Made by a program: the position numbers and the translations under genes. Positions 35,306 to 45,169 of a stretch of DNA of 64,000 nt are shown in pieces (position 1 is the stretch's first letter; each line of letters opens with the position of its first letter). This DNA is from a virus (taxonomy: Duplodnaviria; Caudoviricetes). Under the pieces are notes generated by a model. It was not told the DNA's origin. It was given only the letters and a program-made list of their open reading frames with translations, and made no database searches. The stretch lies in the IMG/VR virus record IMGVR_UViG_3300034520_000068, positions 1,732-65,731 of that record; one strand, 5' to 3'.

Positions 35306-35782
35306 TTGATTTACAAATGGAAACAAAACCGTTTTCCCGTAGATGCGCAAACAGCAGGAAAAGAATTGGAACGAATTCAGAGCAAATATAACGGGATTTT
35401 GCCATCAGCAGTCGTGGAAGAATCCAGACCAGAGGAAGCAGTATTACATAATTGTTTTAACTGGAATGATGCAGATGCAGCGGGAAAATACAGGGAAATA
35501 CAGGCGAAAGAGATTATAAGGAATATTGTAGTCGTCAAAGTAGATGAAGTTGAAAAGGATATCGTACCTGTAAGGGCATTTGTCAGTGTAGTAAATGAGG
35601 ATGAAGAAAGACCAAAATATATTTCTATCAATAAAGCTATGTCAGAACCAGATTATCAAGAACAAATATTGCAGACCGCACTTAAAGAATTATTGGCTTT
35701 TAAACAAAAATATCAGAGGTTATTACAGTTTAAAAAAGTCTTTGACGCTATAGATGAAGTTCAAGCAGAATTGGCAATGTAA
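35306..35782 (+). CDS. Hypothetical protein, partner of RAMP-like gene
   Basis: AGGAGG RBS, TTG start; P..VVE.SR.....LH..F.W.D..AA..YR..QA..IIR.I motif. Confidence 0.75.
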   Translation: MIYKWKQNRFPVDAQTAGKELERIQSKYNGILPSAVVEESRPEEAVLHNCFNWNDADAAGKYREIQAKEIIRNIVVVKVDEVEKDIVPVRAFVSVVNEDEERPKYISINKAMSEPDYQEQILQTALKELLAFKQKYQRLLQFKKVFDAIDEVQAELAM

Positions 35783-35822
35783 ATGATTTAAAAAGGTAAA
35801 GCAGGAGGCGAAAAAGCGAAAA

Positions 35823-37829
35823 ATGGATATAAAACTAAATTGGTTAAAGCTCAAAAATTTCAAGGGAATTAAGGATTTTACCCTAAAAATTGACGGCAGA
35901 AATGCCAATGTGTATGCGGACAATGGCGTTGGAAAGACCACCCTTGCCGATTCTTTCCTTTGGCTACTTTTCAACAAAGACAGTACCGACCGCACATCAT
36001 TCAAAGTCAAACCTCAAGACGAATACGGTAACGACATTCACCACCTGCAAACCGAAGTCGAAGCCGAACTTTCGGTTGACGGCAAATCGCTAAAACTTCG
36101 CAAGATGTTGGAAGAAAAATGGACGAAGAAGAGGGGAAGTGCCGAAGCCGAACTTACCGGCAACACCATTTCCTACTGGTGGGATGACGTGCCAGTAAAG
36201 GAGAGCGAATACAAGCAGCGCATAAATGAACTCATCAACGAAGGCATATTTCGCATGATTACCAATCCCATGTATTTTAACACCCGTCTGTCATGGCAGG
36301 ACCGGCGCAAGATATTGCTTGAGATGTGCGGAGATATGTCAGACGAGCAGGTCATTGCGTCGGATGCCAGATTATCAAAACTGACGGAGATTCTTCAGGG
36401 TAAAACAATCGAGGAATACAAGAAAATACTTGCCGAGAGAATTAAGCGGCTGGAAAAAGAAAGGGCCGACATTCCACCCCGGATTGATGAACTTACTCTT
36501 TCGCTACCACAGGAGAATACGGATTATTCGGCGGTGGAAGCGGAATTAAAACAGTATAAGAATGAACTTGAAGCCATTGAATTAGGGCTTACAGATGCGT
36601 CAATAATTGCTACAGAATTCAGCAAAAAACAGCAAAAATTATTGCAGTTAAAAAATAAGCTGGTGGATATAAAAGCCAGACTCGATGCCGAAGCCGGAGC
36701 GGATAGAAAGAAGCTTGTTGATGAGAAATCGGCCCTAACGTCACACAAATATCTGCTTGAAACAAGCATAAATGATTTAGAAGCAAATATCGCACGTATA
36801 CAAGCAGGTATAAAAAACAATATGGATTTGCGTGCAAAACTGCTGGATGAATGGAGAGCACTTACGCAAGAAAGGTCCAATATCCTTGCACAAGAATTCA
36901 CAGAACCGAAGGAAAATGAATTTATTTGCCCGACATGCGGTCAGAAGCTCCCTGAAGAAGCAAAAGAGAAGGAAATTGAAAAAATGCGTGCGAGTTTTGA
37001 GGCTAATAAAAATTCTCAATTGATTATAGTTGACGGAAAACTTAAGAACAATAAAATTAATGGCCTTTCAGTAAAGGAAAGCATAGAACTTGCACAATCT
37101 CAAATACAAAAAATGCAATGGGAGCTTGAAGCACGCAAAAAAGAATATGAGGAAGTTATTATCAGGCTTTCAGAAATCGACATAGAACTTGCTAAACCTA
37201 TGCAAGAACCGGACTACAACAGCGATGAAGAATACAACCGCTTGCAGAAGCAGATTGAGGTATTGGAGGCCGGAATTTCACAGCCGGTAGAGGATAAAAC
37301 CAGTGCATTATTGCAACGCAAGCGGGAGATTCAGAGCAAGATTGATGGGTGCAATCGAATCCTGAACAATAGAACGGTAGCCGCAAACACAAAGAAGCGC
37401 ATAGAAGAACTCAAAGCCGAAGAAAAACGGCTTGCACAGCAGGTTGTAGAGTTAGAAGGGCATAAATACCTATGTGAGCAATTCACCGTAGCTAAAGTGA
37501 ATTTGCTTGAGGACAAGATAAACAGCCGTTTCAAGTATGTCAAGTTTAAATTGTTTGAAATGCAACTAAATGGCGGCATAGCGGAAACATGCCAAGCACT
37601 GGTCAATACTAATGGCGTATATGTACCGTTTGATGATGCGAACCATGCGGGGAAGATTAATGCCGGAATCGACATTATCAATTCGCTATGCAGTTACTAC
37701 AACGTCACAGCCCCAATCTTTATAGACTTCCGTGAGAGTGTTAGCAGGATAATTGAAACCAATAGCCAGGTTATAAACCTTGTAAAGAGCGAGCCGGATA
37801 AAACATTGCGGGTGGTGTTGGAAGAATGA
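35823..37829 (+). CDS. SMC/SbcC-like coiled-coil ATPase
   Basis: LKNFKGI, NGVGKTT, central CPTCGQ hook, PIFID..ES. Confidence 0.88.
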   Translation: MDIKLNWLKLKNFKGIKDFTLKIDGRNANVYADNGVGKTTLADSFLWLLFNKDSTDRTSFKVKPQDEYGNDIHHLQTEVEAELSVDGKSLKLRKMLEEKWTKKRGSAEAELTGNTISYWWDDVPVKESEYKQRINELINEGIFRMITNPMYFNTRLSWQDRRKILLEMCGDMSDEQVIASDARLSKLTEILQGKTIEEYKKILAERIKRLEKERADIPPRIDELTLSLPQENTDYSAVEAELKQYKNELEAIELGLTDASIIATEFSKKQQKLLQLKNKLVDIKARLDAEAGADRKKLVDEKSALTSHKYLLETSINDLEANIARIQAGIKNNMDLRAKLLDEWRALTQERSNILAQEFTEPKENEFICPTCGQKLPEEAKEKEIEKMRASFEANKNSQLIIVDGKLKNNKINGLSVKESIELAQSQIQKMQWELEARKKEYEEVIIRLSEIDIELAKPMQEPDYNSDEEYNRLQKQIEVLEAGISQPVEDKTSALLQRKREIQSKIDGCNRILNNRTVAANTKKRIEELKAEEKRLAQQVVELEGHKYLCEQFTVAKVNLLEDKINSRFKYVKFKLFEMQLNGGIAETCQALVNTNGVYVPFDDANHAGKINAGIDIINSLCSYYNVTAPIFIDFRESVSRIIETNSQVINLVKSEPDKTLRVVLEE

Positions 37830-38026
37830 GATTAACCGTTAATGATAAAGAAATTCATATATTCCCTGGATGTGTGCTCTATATAAGAAATTCAAATTAT
37901 TCTTCAGATATTCCTGAGGACAAATATATTACTGTAACACTTAAGTTGCATGTTAACAAAAAATTATCTAATTATGAAAAACAAAAGGTTGCTGAATATT
38001 TAGAGGACAAAATTAAAGAAGATTAA
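37826..38026 (+). CDS. Hypothetical protein
   Basis: 66 aa, coupled. Confidence 0.5.
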   Translation: MRLTVNDKEIHIFPGCVLYIRNSNYSSDIPEDKYITVTLKLHVNKKLSNYEKQKVAEYLEDKIKED

Positions 38027-38263
38027 CAAGGGAGGATAAGTAAATGGGTGGCTTTGTTAAAGTAAACGACACCGTTATCCATATCAGTTCACCCGATACA
38101 CTTACCCGAGAATAGATTGATTTTTGGGAAAAAGAATATGATGACGAACTGCTTTGTTCCAAATGTGGCAAGCACCTTGAACCAGGAGACCAAAAAGACC
38201 ATTTCTGGCCGTATTTCAGTGACTTTAACCTTTGCAAAGAATGTATGAAAAAGAATAAGGAGG

Positions 38264-38482
38264 ATGATTCAAATGACACAAGCACTGAATTACCCCGATG
38301 AATGGGTAACTTTGAAATGCAGAATGGGTTTGGACATTTGCATTGTAGACGACCAAATAACCATTAGGCATAAATTCGATGATGACAATGGCAATCCTGT
38401 TCAAGTATCAAGCTGGCATGTGAAATCAGAAGTTAAAGAGATTGTTAAATTTTTAAATAAATTTTTAGGAAGGATGATGTAA
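38264..38482 (+). CDS. Hypothetical protein
   Basis: AGGAGG RBS. Confidence 0.55.
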   Translation: MIQMTQALNYPDEWVTLKCRMGLDICIVDDQITIRHKFDDDNGNPVQVSSWHVKSEVKEIVKFLNKFLGRMM

Positions 38483-39433
38483 ATGGCAAATAACCAGAAA
38501 CCGACAAGTAATCTGGCATTAATCAAAAGCGAGACCATAGATGTCGTAACAGCGAAGGTAAAGGAATTCCAGAACAAAGGCGAGCTTTATTTCCCTGCAA
38601 ACTATAGCCCTGAAAATGCTCTCAAATCAGCGTGGTTGATGCTGCAGGAAACGGTTGATAGAGACGGTAAGCCGGTTTTAGAAACATGTACAAAGGCAAG
38701 CATAATGAACAGCCTTTTAAGTATGGTTATTCAGTCGCTTAACCCCGACAAGAAACAGTGCTACTTCATAGCCTACGGCAAAAAACTTGTCTGCCAAAGG
38801 TCCTATTTTGGCAGTATGCATGTTGCAAAAAGCGTGGACCCGAATATCGTCGATATTTACGCAAAAACGGTTTACGAAGGTGACGAATTCGAGTATGAAA
38901 TTCGTCACGGCAAAGAAGTTGTGACAAAGCACGTTCAGAAGCTCCAAAACATCGACAAAAATAAAATAATCGGGGCATATGCAACGATTGTTTACAGAGA
39001 CGGCAGGGAAGTTTCCACGGTAATGACTTTAGAGCAAATTAAGCAGGCATGGAAACAGTCGCATATGAAACCGGTGGATGAAAAAGGGAATATCAAGCCC
39101 GGCAGCACTCACGAAAAGTTTACTGCCGATATGTGCGAGAAAACGGCCATTAACAAGGTGTGTAAGTATGTTATCAATTCTTCCGACGACGCAAACATCA
39201 TGGCGAGATTTGCAAAGCAGGCCGATACGGAAATTGCTGAGGCTGAGGCGGAGGCAGAGATTGAACAAAACGCTAATAAACAGGTAATCGATATCGAGGA
39301 AGTGGAAGAAGTGGACCCGGAAGATATACCAGAACCTGAGCCAGAGCCGGAACCGGAGCAAAAGTCGGAGAAAAGCAAGGCGAAGATAGAAGTAGCAGGG
39401 CAGATGAGTTTAGATGAAGGGCCGGGGTATTGA
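38483..39433 (+). CDS. recT: RecT-family ssDNA annealing protein
   Basis: SI.N.LL.MV.Q.LNP.K.QCYFI.YG..L..QRSYFG, M..KT.I; acidic tail. Confidence 0.9.
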   Translation: MANNQKPTSNLALIKSETIDVVTAKVKEFQNKGELYFPANYSPENALKSAWLMLQETVDRDGKPVLETCTKASIMNSLLSMVIQSLNPDKKQCYFIAYGKKLVCQRSYFGSMHVAKSVDPNIVDIYAKTVYEGDEFEYEIRHGKEVVTKHVQKLQNIDKNKIIGAYATIVYRDGREVSTVMTLEQIKQAWKQSHMKPVDEKGNIKPGSTHEKFTADMCEKTAINKVCKYVINSSDDANIMARFAKQADTEIAEAEAEAEIEQNANKQVIDIEEVEEVDPEDIPEPEPEPEPEQKSEKSKAKIEVAGQMSLDEGPGY

Positions 39434-40180
39434 TGAAACTCAAAGTGCTTGCCTCTGGTAGCAAGGGGAATTGCTATCTCCTTTCCACTCCAACGGGGAT
39501 CCTGCTCATCGAAGCAGGTATCCCCTGGAAACAAATTCAAAAGGGGTTGAACTTTGACTTAAGGGAGGTAGTGGCTTGCCTTATATCCCACGAACACCTT
39601 TGACCATGCAGGCAGTGTTAAAGATGTTATGGATGCCGGAATAGATACATATATGAGCACAGTAACGGCAAAGGAGTTAGGCGTTTATGGTGAGCATTAC
39701 AGGCTTTGTTTGATGAGTGCAGGGATTCAAAGCAGGATAAGAGACTTTACAATACTCCCGTTTGACACGGAACATGATTGCCAAGAGCCGTTAGGCTATC
39801 TCATCCAATACCGTCCAACAGGCGAGAAGCTACTTTATCTGACGGACAGCTTTTACAGCAAATACCGTTTCCGAGGTCTTAATTACATCTGTATCGAGTG
39901 CAATTACATCAAAGAAACCCTTGACGCCAACATAGCCGCAGGTTACGTGGACGAAGCCATGAAACGCCGGTTACTTGAAAGTCACTTTTCGCTTGAACAC
40001 GTGAAGGATTTCCTCAAAGCCAACGACCTGAGCCAGTGCCGCAAAATCATACTCCTGCACTTGAGCGATGCCAATTCAGACGCCGCAAGGATGGTGCGGG
40101 AGATACAAGAACTCACCGGCATTGAGACAGTGGCGGCGAAAGCAGGTCTGGAAGTGGATTTAAACTTATATCCGTATTGA
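39433..40180 (+). CDS. MBL-fold metallo-hydrolase/exonuclease, interrupted by +1 frameshift at 39598-39604
   Basis: LASGSKGNCY...SHEHL(stop); +1 frame continues DHAG...HD...TDS...ECNY...SH.S...LLHLSD.NS. Confidence 0.85.
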
Positions 40181-40186
40181 GGTGAT

Positions 40187-40372
40187 GTGATGTATATATC
40201 TAACGGCATGATACGAGGTGGCAGAATATACACCGACACAATCGAATTCAAATGCCCTTCATGTGGTTATGAATGGGAGGCTAAATGCATTGTTGATGAG
40301 GCGATAAATGCCTGTGACCTCGTCAACGATAACAATAAATACTGTCCCGAGTGTGGCGAAAAAGGGGAATGA
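40187..40372 (+). CDS. Zinc-ribbon protein
   Basis: CPSCG...CPECG. Confidence 0.6.
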   Translation: MMYISNGMIRGGRIYTDTIEFKCPSCGYEWEAKCIVDEAINACDLVNDNNKYCPECGEKGE

Positions 40373-40415
40373 TTTTGCAAGCAGAATTAACCAATTTTTG
40401 GAGGGATGATGCAAA

Positions 40416-40607
40416 ATGATAAGGCTAAAATTCGAAAGGTTGAAAAGGGATATGTCCCAAAAGGAGCTAGGAGAAAGGACTGGAGTACCCTATACCGACA
40501 TTTGCCGATACGAAACGGGGCGAATGAAACCATATCCAAAACACCTGCGAAAATTGTCCGAATACCTTGGGGTACCAGCAGAAGACCTATTGAAGGAGGT
40601 GGAATGA
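40416..40607 (+). CDS. XRE HTH protein
   Basis: MSQKELGERTGV....I.RYETGR..P. Confidence 0.8.
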   Translation: MIRLKFERLKRDMSQKELGERTGVPYTDICRYETGRMKPYPKHLRKLSEYLGVPAEDLLKEVE

Positions 40608-40994
40608 TATGGGCCAACTGGGATATATCTCCCAAAATGGCGGGAGTAGTGCCAGCTCCCGCCAGACAAAAAGATGCACAGTATGTAAATTATGTGTAAT
40701 AGAGGAGAGTAAAATGTACGAACATCAAGAAAAAAACGATGAATTGCGGCGACATATCAAGGATGAGTTAGGTATATTAATGCAAAATACACTTGATAAA
40801 AAATGTTTTGGTTGTGTGTGGTTTAACCACTACCCCGTAACTGGATACGGCGCACCGGAGAGAGTTGCTCATGCGAGTTGCAATCAATACGGTATAAGTT
40901 GGGAATGTAGTCAAACTGCAAAATTGGTTAATAGACTTATAGTTTGTTTGTTAGATAATGGAAAGGAAATGTAATTTTATATGTAGTAAAGAAG

Positions 40995-41459
40995 GTGATA
41001 ACCGTGGGGAAGCGGATTCTCGATGCCACTTGCGGCAGTAGGATGATGTGGTTTGATAAACAACACCCAGATGCAATCTACATGGACAATCGAGAATTGA
41101 CAACAATCTTATGTGATGGGCGAATACTCAACATAAAACCAGATGTTGTTGCTGATTTTCGGGATATGCCTTTCCCAGATAATACATTTTACCTTGTAGT
41201 TTTTGACCCTCCACACTTGAAAATGGCTGGGCAGAATTCATGGCTTGCTAAAAAGTATGGTGTGCTATCAGATACTTGGTGGGAAGATATTTCGCAAGGA
41301 TTCAAAGAATGTATGAGGGTGCTAAAGCCTAATGGCACATTGATTTTTAAGTGGAATGAGGAACAGATAAAACTATCAGAAGTGTTAAAAGCTATTAGAC
41401 AAAAACCGCTTTTTGGAAACCGTAGAAGCAAAACACACTGGTTGGTTTTTATGAAATAA
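40995..41459 (+). CDS. SAM-dependent methyltransferase
   Basis: ILDATCGSRM, VVFDPPH, RVLKPNG. Confidence 0.85.
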   Translation: MITVGKRILDATCGSRMMWFDKQHPDAIYMDNRELTTILCDGRILNIKPDVVADFRDMPFPDNTFYLVVFDPPHLKMAGQNSWLAKKYGVLSDTWWEDISQGFKECMRVLKPNGTLIFKWNEEQIKLSEVLKAIRQKPLFGNRRSKTHWLVFMK

Positions 41460-41720
41460 TGTTACGCATTCCTATGATAATATGCAGGGCCGAAAGGCCC
41501 AGAAAGGAGGAAGAAAGTTGAAATCAGATGTTTTTAACAAGATAGATGACGCAATCTGGAATGCTTTGGAAGAATCCGGTCTAGATGTGGATGATATTTT
41601 TGATTTACATCATGCAATAATGGGTAACATTAAGGAAATAATTGATGAATATTTATAAGAATTCCGGCAGGTGGGCTATCCCTCCCCCGGCCTGCCTGCC
41701 GTTTTTTGAAGGAGGTTGAT

Positions 41721-42167
41721 ATGAAGAAGCTGATTTTGTGCATGATTATATTCCTGTCCTTCCAATCCCCGGCACTAGCACCGGCAGACGTAGCAACAGC
41801 AGATATGACCGAAACGAAGAATGTTCAAGAAGAAATCAACGGCGATTGGGTTTTAATGGAAGTTACGGCATATACGGCGGGACCCGAAAGTACAGGTAAA
41901 ACGCCGGAACATCCTTTATATGGAATTACAGCAAGCCAAGCAAAGGCAAAGCAATGGCATACCATAGCCGCAGGGCCAAGTATACCATTCGGCACAAAAG
42001 TATACATACCTGAATTCATGGATAAAAATGGTGGGTGGTTTGTTGTGGAGGACCGGGGAGCGGCGATAGGAGACAATGACCTTGATATATACATGGAAGA
42101 CCTTGAAGATGCTTTGGAATTCGGCAGAAAAGAGATGTATGTCTTTATTATGCGAAATGATGAGTAA
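41721..42167 (+). CDS. Exported 3D-domain protein
   Basis: Signal peptide; VTAY, GITAS, IPFGTKVYI, EDRG.AI....LDIY. Confidence 0.85.
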   Translation: MKKLILCMIIFLSFQSPALAPADVATADMTETKNVQEEINGDWVLMEVTAYTAGPESTGKTPEHPLYGITASQAKAKQWHTIAAGPSIPFGTKVYIPEFMDKNGGWFVVEDRGAAIGDNDLDIYMEDLEDALEFGRKEMYVFIMRNDE

Positions 42168-42170
42168 GGA

Positions 42171-42509
42171 GTGACCTATATGACGGCAGAAGAGATGGCG
42201 GTATTAAACAATATTCCGCACGGGCATAAAAATGCAATCACGTCAAATTCTTTAGCGAAGAAATTGCAGATACCCGAGCGCAAGGTTAGAAGAATAATTC
42301 AAACTTTGATAGAGGATTACGACTTCCCTATTGGCAGTTCAGTAGATGAGCGGCCCGGATATTTCAAAATAGTCACGGAAGAAGATTTCGACATTGCTAT
42401 AAAGCACTTGAAACCAAGAGCGGTGAAGATATTTAAAAGACTTCGGGCTTTGGAAAAACTGGCAGTGAATAAGTTCGGGCAGATAAGTATTGAGGATATT
42501 GTTTTGTAG
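42171..42509 (+). CDS. Winged HTH protein
   Basis: G..NAITS..LA..L...ER.VR..I..L......PI.S....GYF. Confidence 0.7.
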   Translation: MTYMTAEEMAVLNNIPHGHKNAITSNSLAKKLQIPERKVRRIIQTLIEDYDFPIGSSVDERPGYFKIVTEEDFDIAIKHLKPRAVKIFKRLRALEKLAVNKFGQISIEDIVL

Positions 42510-42522
42510 GGGATGTGAGAAC

Positions 42523-43320
42523 ATGAAATCTGCACCTGTATTAAAATATCCCGGAAGCAAATGGAAAATAGCAGATTGGATTATATCCCATTTCCCGCCG
42601 CATACTACATACCTTGAGCCTTTTTTCGGCAGCGGTGCGGTATTCTTCACTAAAAAGCCGTCGAAAGTAGAAACCATAAACGACATTGACGGCAATGTGG
42701 TAAACCTGTTTCAGGTAATCCGTGAACAGCCCGAAGAATTGGCCAGACTAATAGAGTTTACTCCCTGGGCCAGGGATGAATACTATGCAAGCTATGAGCC
42801 TATAGATGACCCTTTGGAAAAGGCAAGAAGATTTTTGGTGAAATGTTGGCAAGGATATGGGACAGACCTTAGCCATAAAGTTGGCTGGAACAATACTAAA
42901 CGAGGCTCACTCAGGGTAAGTAAAAATAATGAATTTCAGAAACTGCCGCAAAATATACTTCATACCGCAGAAAGGCTTAAACATGCTCAAATTGAAAATA
43001 GGCCGGCCTTAGAATTAATACAAGAATATAATTACCCAGAAGTCCTAATTTACGCTGACCCGCCTTATATATTCGACACAAGGTCTGGCGGCAAAAGATA
43101 TGAAAATGAAATGATAGAGGAAGAATATATAGAACTGCTTGAAGCCCTAAAACAGCACAAAGGTCCGGTTATTCTATCAGGCTATCAGAGTGACCTTTAC
43201 GACCGAATTCTGCAAGACTGGGATAAGGAAGTAATAGAGACCATTGCCGTTAGCGGTGGCCAGAGGCAGGAAGTCATATGGATGAACTTTGATAATCCGA
43301 ATATAAGTTTATTTGATTGA
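42523..43320 (+). CDS. Dam-family DNA adenine methyltransferase
   Basis: KYPGSK, YLEPFFGSGAV, ETIND, YADPPY. Confidence 0.92.
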   Translation: MKSAPVLKYPGSKWKIADWIISHFPPHTTYLEPFFGSGAVFFTKKPSKVETINDIDGNVVNLFQVIREQPEELARLIEFTPWARDEYYASYEPIDDPLEKARRFLVKCWQGYGTDLSHKVGWNNTKRGSLRVSKNNEFQKLPQNILHTAERLKHAQIENRPALELIQEYNYPEVLIYADPPYIFDTRSGGKRYENEMIEEEYIELLEALKQHKGPVILSGYQSDLYDRILQDWDKEVIETIAVSGGQRQEVIWMNFDNPNISLFD

Positions 43321-43341
43321 CCCCGCAAGGGAGGGGAGAAA

Positions 43342-44136
43342 TTGGCAGTTTATAGACAAGTTCATGTTTCATTTTGGCAGGACCCGGAACTAGTTGAATG
43401 GGATATAAAAGAAAAATACTTTTATCTGTATTTGTTGACAAATCCGCACACTACACAGTGTGGTATATATGAAATTTCACTTAAACTTATGTCGGTAGAG
43501 TTAGGATACCCTATCGATACAGTATCTATACTGTTACAAAGGTTTATCGATAGACATAAGATACTGTATTCGATGGATACAAACGAGATATTTTTACTAA
43601 ACTGGCTGAAATACAATTCCTTAAAAAGTCCAAAGGTAATGTCATGCGTCAATAAAGAGCTTAAAAACGTTAAAAACAAGCCATTTCTTAAGATATTTCG
43701 TGATTTGTGTATACGGTATGGATACTCTATCGATAGACTATGTATAGACTATGGGGAAGAAAAAGAAAAAGAAAAAGAAAAAGAAGAAGAAAAAGAAGAA
43801 GAAAAAGAAATACTATTACCGGAAGGTAGTAATAGTAGTAGTTCTTATTCCGATGAAGAATTCAGAGAGATTGCAAATATATACCAACAGACAATAGGTG
43901 TAATAAACGAACTTACTTCTGATTGGTTACAGGCTATCTTGGATGAGTATGGCTTTGAGTGGTGTAAAGAAGCCATGATGGAGGCAGACAGACAAGGAAA
44001 GCGGTCTAAAAAGTATGTCGAAGGTATTTTGCAAAACTGGAAAACATCGGGCGGTATGAAACTGAGTAAGGATAAAGATAAAAAAGAAATTAAAACCAAT
44101 TATGATAAAGCCTCTGAATCTAAATGGGGATGGTGA
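43342..44136 (+). CDS. Replication initiator (DnaD-like C-terminus)
   Basis: FW.D.......KYFYLYLLTNPHT..CGIYEI; YVEGIL.NW. Confidence 0.88.
   Translation: MAVYRQVHVSFWQDPELVEWDIKEKYFYLYLLTNPHTTQCGIYEISLKLMSVELGYPIDTVSILLQRFIDRHKILYSMDTNEIFLLNWLKYNSLKSPKVMSCVNKELKNVKNKPFLKIFRDLCIRYGYSIDRLCIDYGEEKEKEKEKEEEKEEEKEILLPEGSNSSSSYSDEEFREIANIYQQTIGVINELTSDWLQAILDEYGFEWCKEAMMEADRQGKRSKKYVEGILQNWKTSGGMKLSKDKDKKEIKTNYDKASESKWGW
43505..43810. promoter_or_regulatory. Putative replication origin inside initiator gene
   Basis: Repeated TATCGATA / GTATNKATAC-like palindromes followed by GAAAAA tract. Confidence 0.55.
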
Positions 44137-44819
44137 GTGCATTGAATATAGATGATTTTCTTAGGGACAGCATCCGCAAAAACGAAGAAGAAGCAAAGCA
44201 AATATTGATGAAAAAGCGACAGGATAGGATAGCGGAACTTTTGGCAAAAAGTGGATTAGGGAAGCGATTTCAAAAAAGGACCTTTGAATCATTCAAGGTC
44301 ACAGACGAAAATAAAACCGCATACAAAACAGCCTTCGATTTTGCAAAGGAATTCCCAAATATCAGTCGTGGGCTACTGTTCACCGGGCCAGTCGGCGTGG
44401 GCAAGTCACATCTTGCATCAGCAATAGCAAACACATTAATAGAAAAACTATACACTGTTATATGCAAAAATATCACAGATATTATATCACTCATCAAATC
44501 TACATACGGGAAAAACACAGAACTAACTGAATACGAAATAGTCGACATCCTCACAAAAGAAGTGGACCTACTTATCATAGACGATTTAGGTAAAGAAAAG
44601 ACATCGGAAAATACAAATACTCTATTGTATCAAATCGTAAACCGTCTATATGAAGATGAAAAGCCTATTATAATAACAACAAACTTCGTTGGCGATTCGC
44701 TAGCCGAAAAACTAGGGGAGAGGGGAGAGGCAATAGTATCAAGAGTTACGGAAATGTGCCAGCCGGTGAAAATGACTGGAAAAGATTGGCGAGTGAAAGG
44801 AGCCAAGCAGAATAAATGA
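44124..44819 (+). CDS. DnaC/IstB-like helicase loader ATPase
   Basis: GPVGVGKSHLA, LLIIDDLG.E, IITTN, SR. Confidence 0.9.
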   Translation: MGMVSALNIDDFLRDSIRKNEEEAKQILMKKRQDRIAELLAKSGLGKRFQKRTFESFKVTDENKTAYKTAFDFAKEFPNISRGLLFTGPVGVGKSHLASAIANTLIEKLYTVICKNITDIISLIKSTYGKNTELTEYEIVDILTKEVDLLIIDDLGKEKTSENTNTLLYQIVNRLYEDEKPIIITTNFVGDSLAEKLGERGEAIVSRVTEMCQPVKMTGKDWRVKGAKQNK

Positions 44820-45169
44820 AAAAAGAAAACATTCGAATCCCTAAATGTTGGATATGCATGGACGAAGGCGTGATACTCTATCACAAGCAGGTAGGAGACA
44901 TCAAGGCCGAATATGCGGCACGTTGCACCTGCCAGGCCGGAGAAGCTTTCAACTATGACGGAAGCAAATGCGAGAAAAAAAGCCCTTATTACATACCGGT
45001 TATAAGCCAGGTTATGGACACGTCACAATTAGCAAAAGAAAATTTCCATGCATGGTGGAAAGCGAACAAAAACAAAAATGGTGTAGAACAAGCCATGCGA
45101 GAGCGGGGAATACCAATACCTAACGAAAGGAGGCAAGCGGGCAATGATGCAGCGCATGAGCGAACGTGA
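44816..45169 (+). CDS. Hypothetical Cys-containing protein
   Basis: CWIC.D.G, RCTC..G. Confidence 0.65.
   Translation: MKKENIRIPKCWICMDEGVILYHKQVGDIKAEYAARCTCQAGEAFNYDGSKCEKKSPYYIPVISQVMDTSQLAKENFHAWWKANKNKNGVEQAMRERGIPIPNERRQAGNDAAHERT

Noticed and set aside
34653-35405. ORFs 34653-35405(-), 34993-35280(-) and the N-terminal extension 35120-35305(+)
   Set aside because: Low-complexity translations of the pentamer array; the true downstream start is TTG 35306 with an AGGAGG RBS.
43511-43520. CTATCGATAC in the origin matches concatenated NN of array unit 3
   Set aside because: A 10-nt match is expected by chance in 64 kb on two strands and does not extend.
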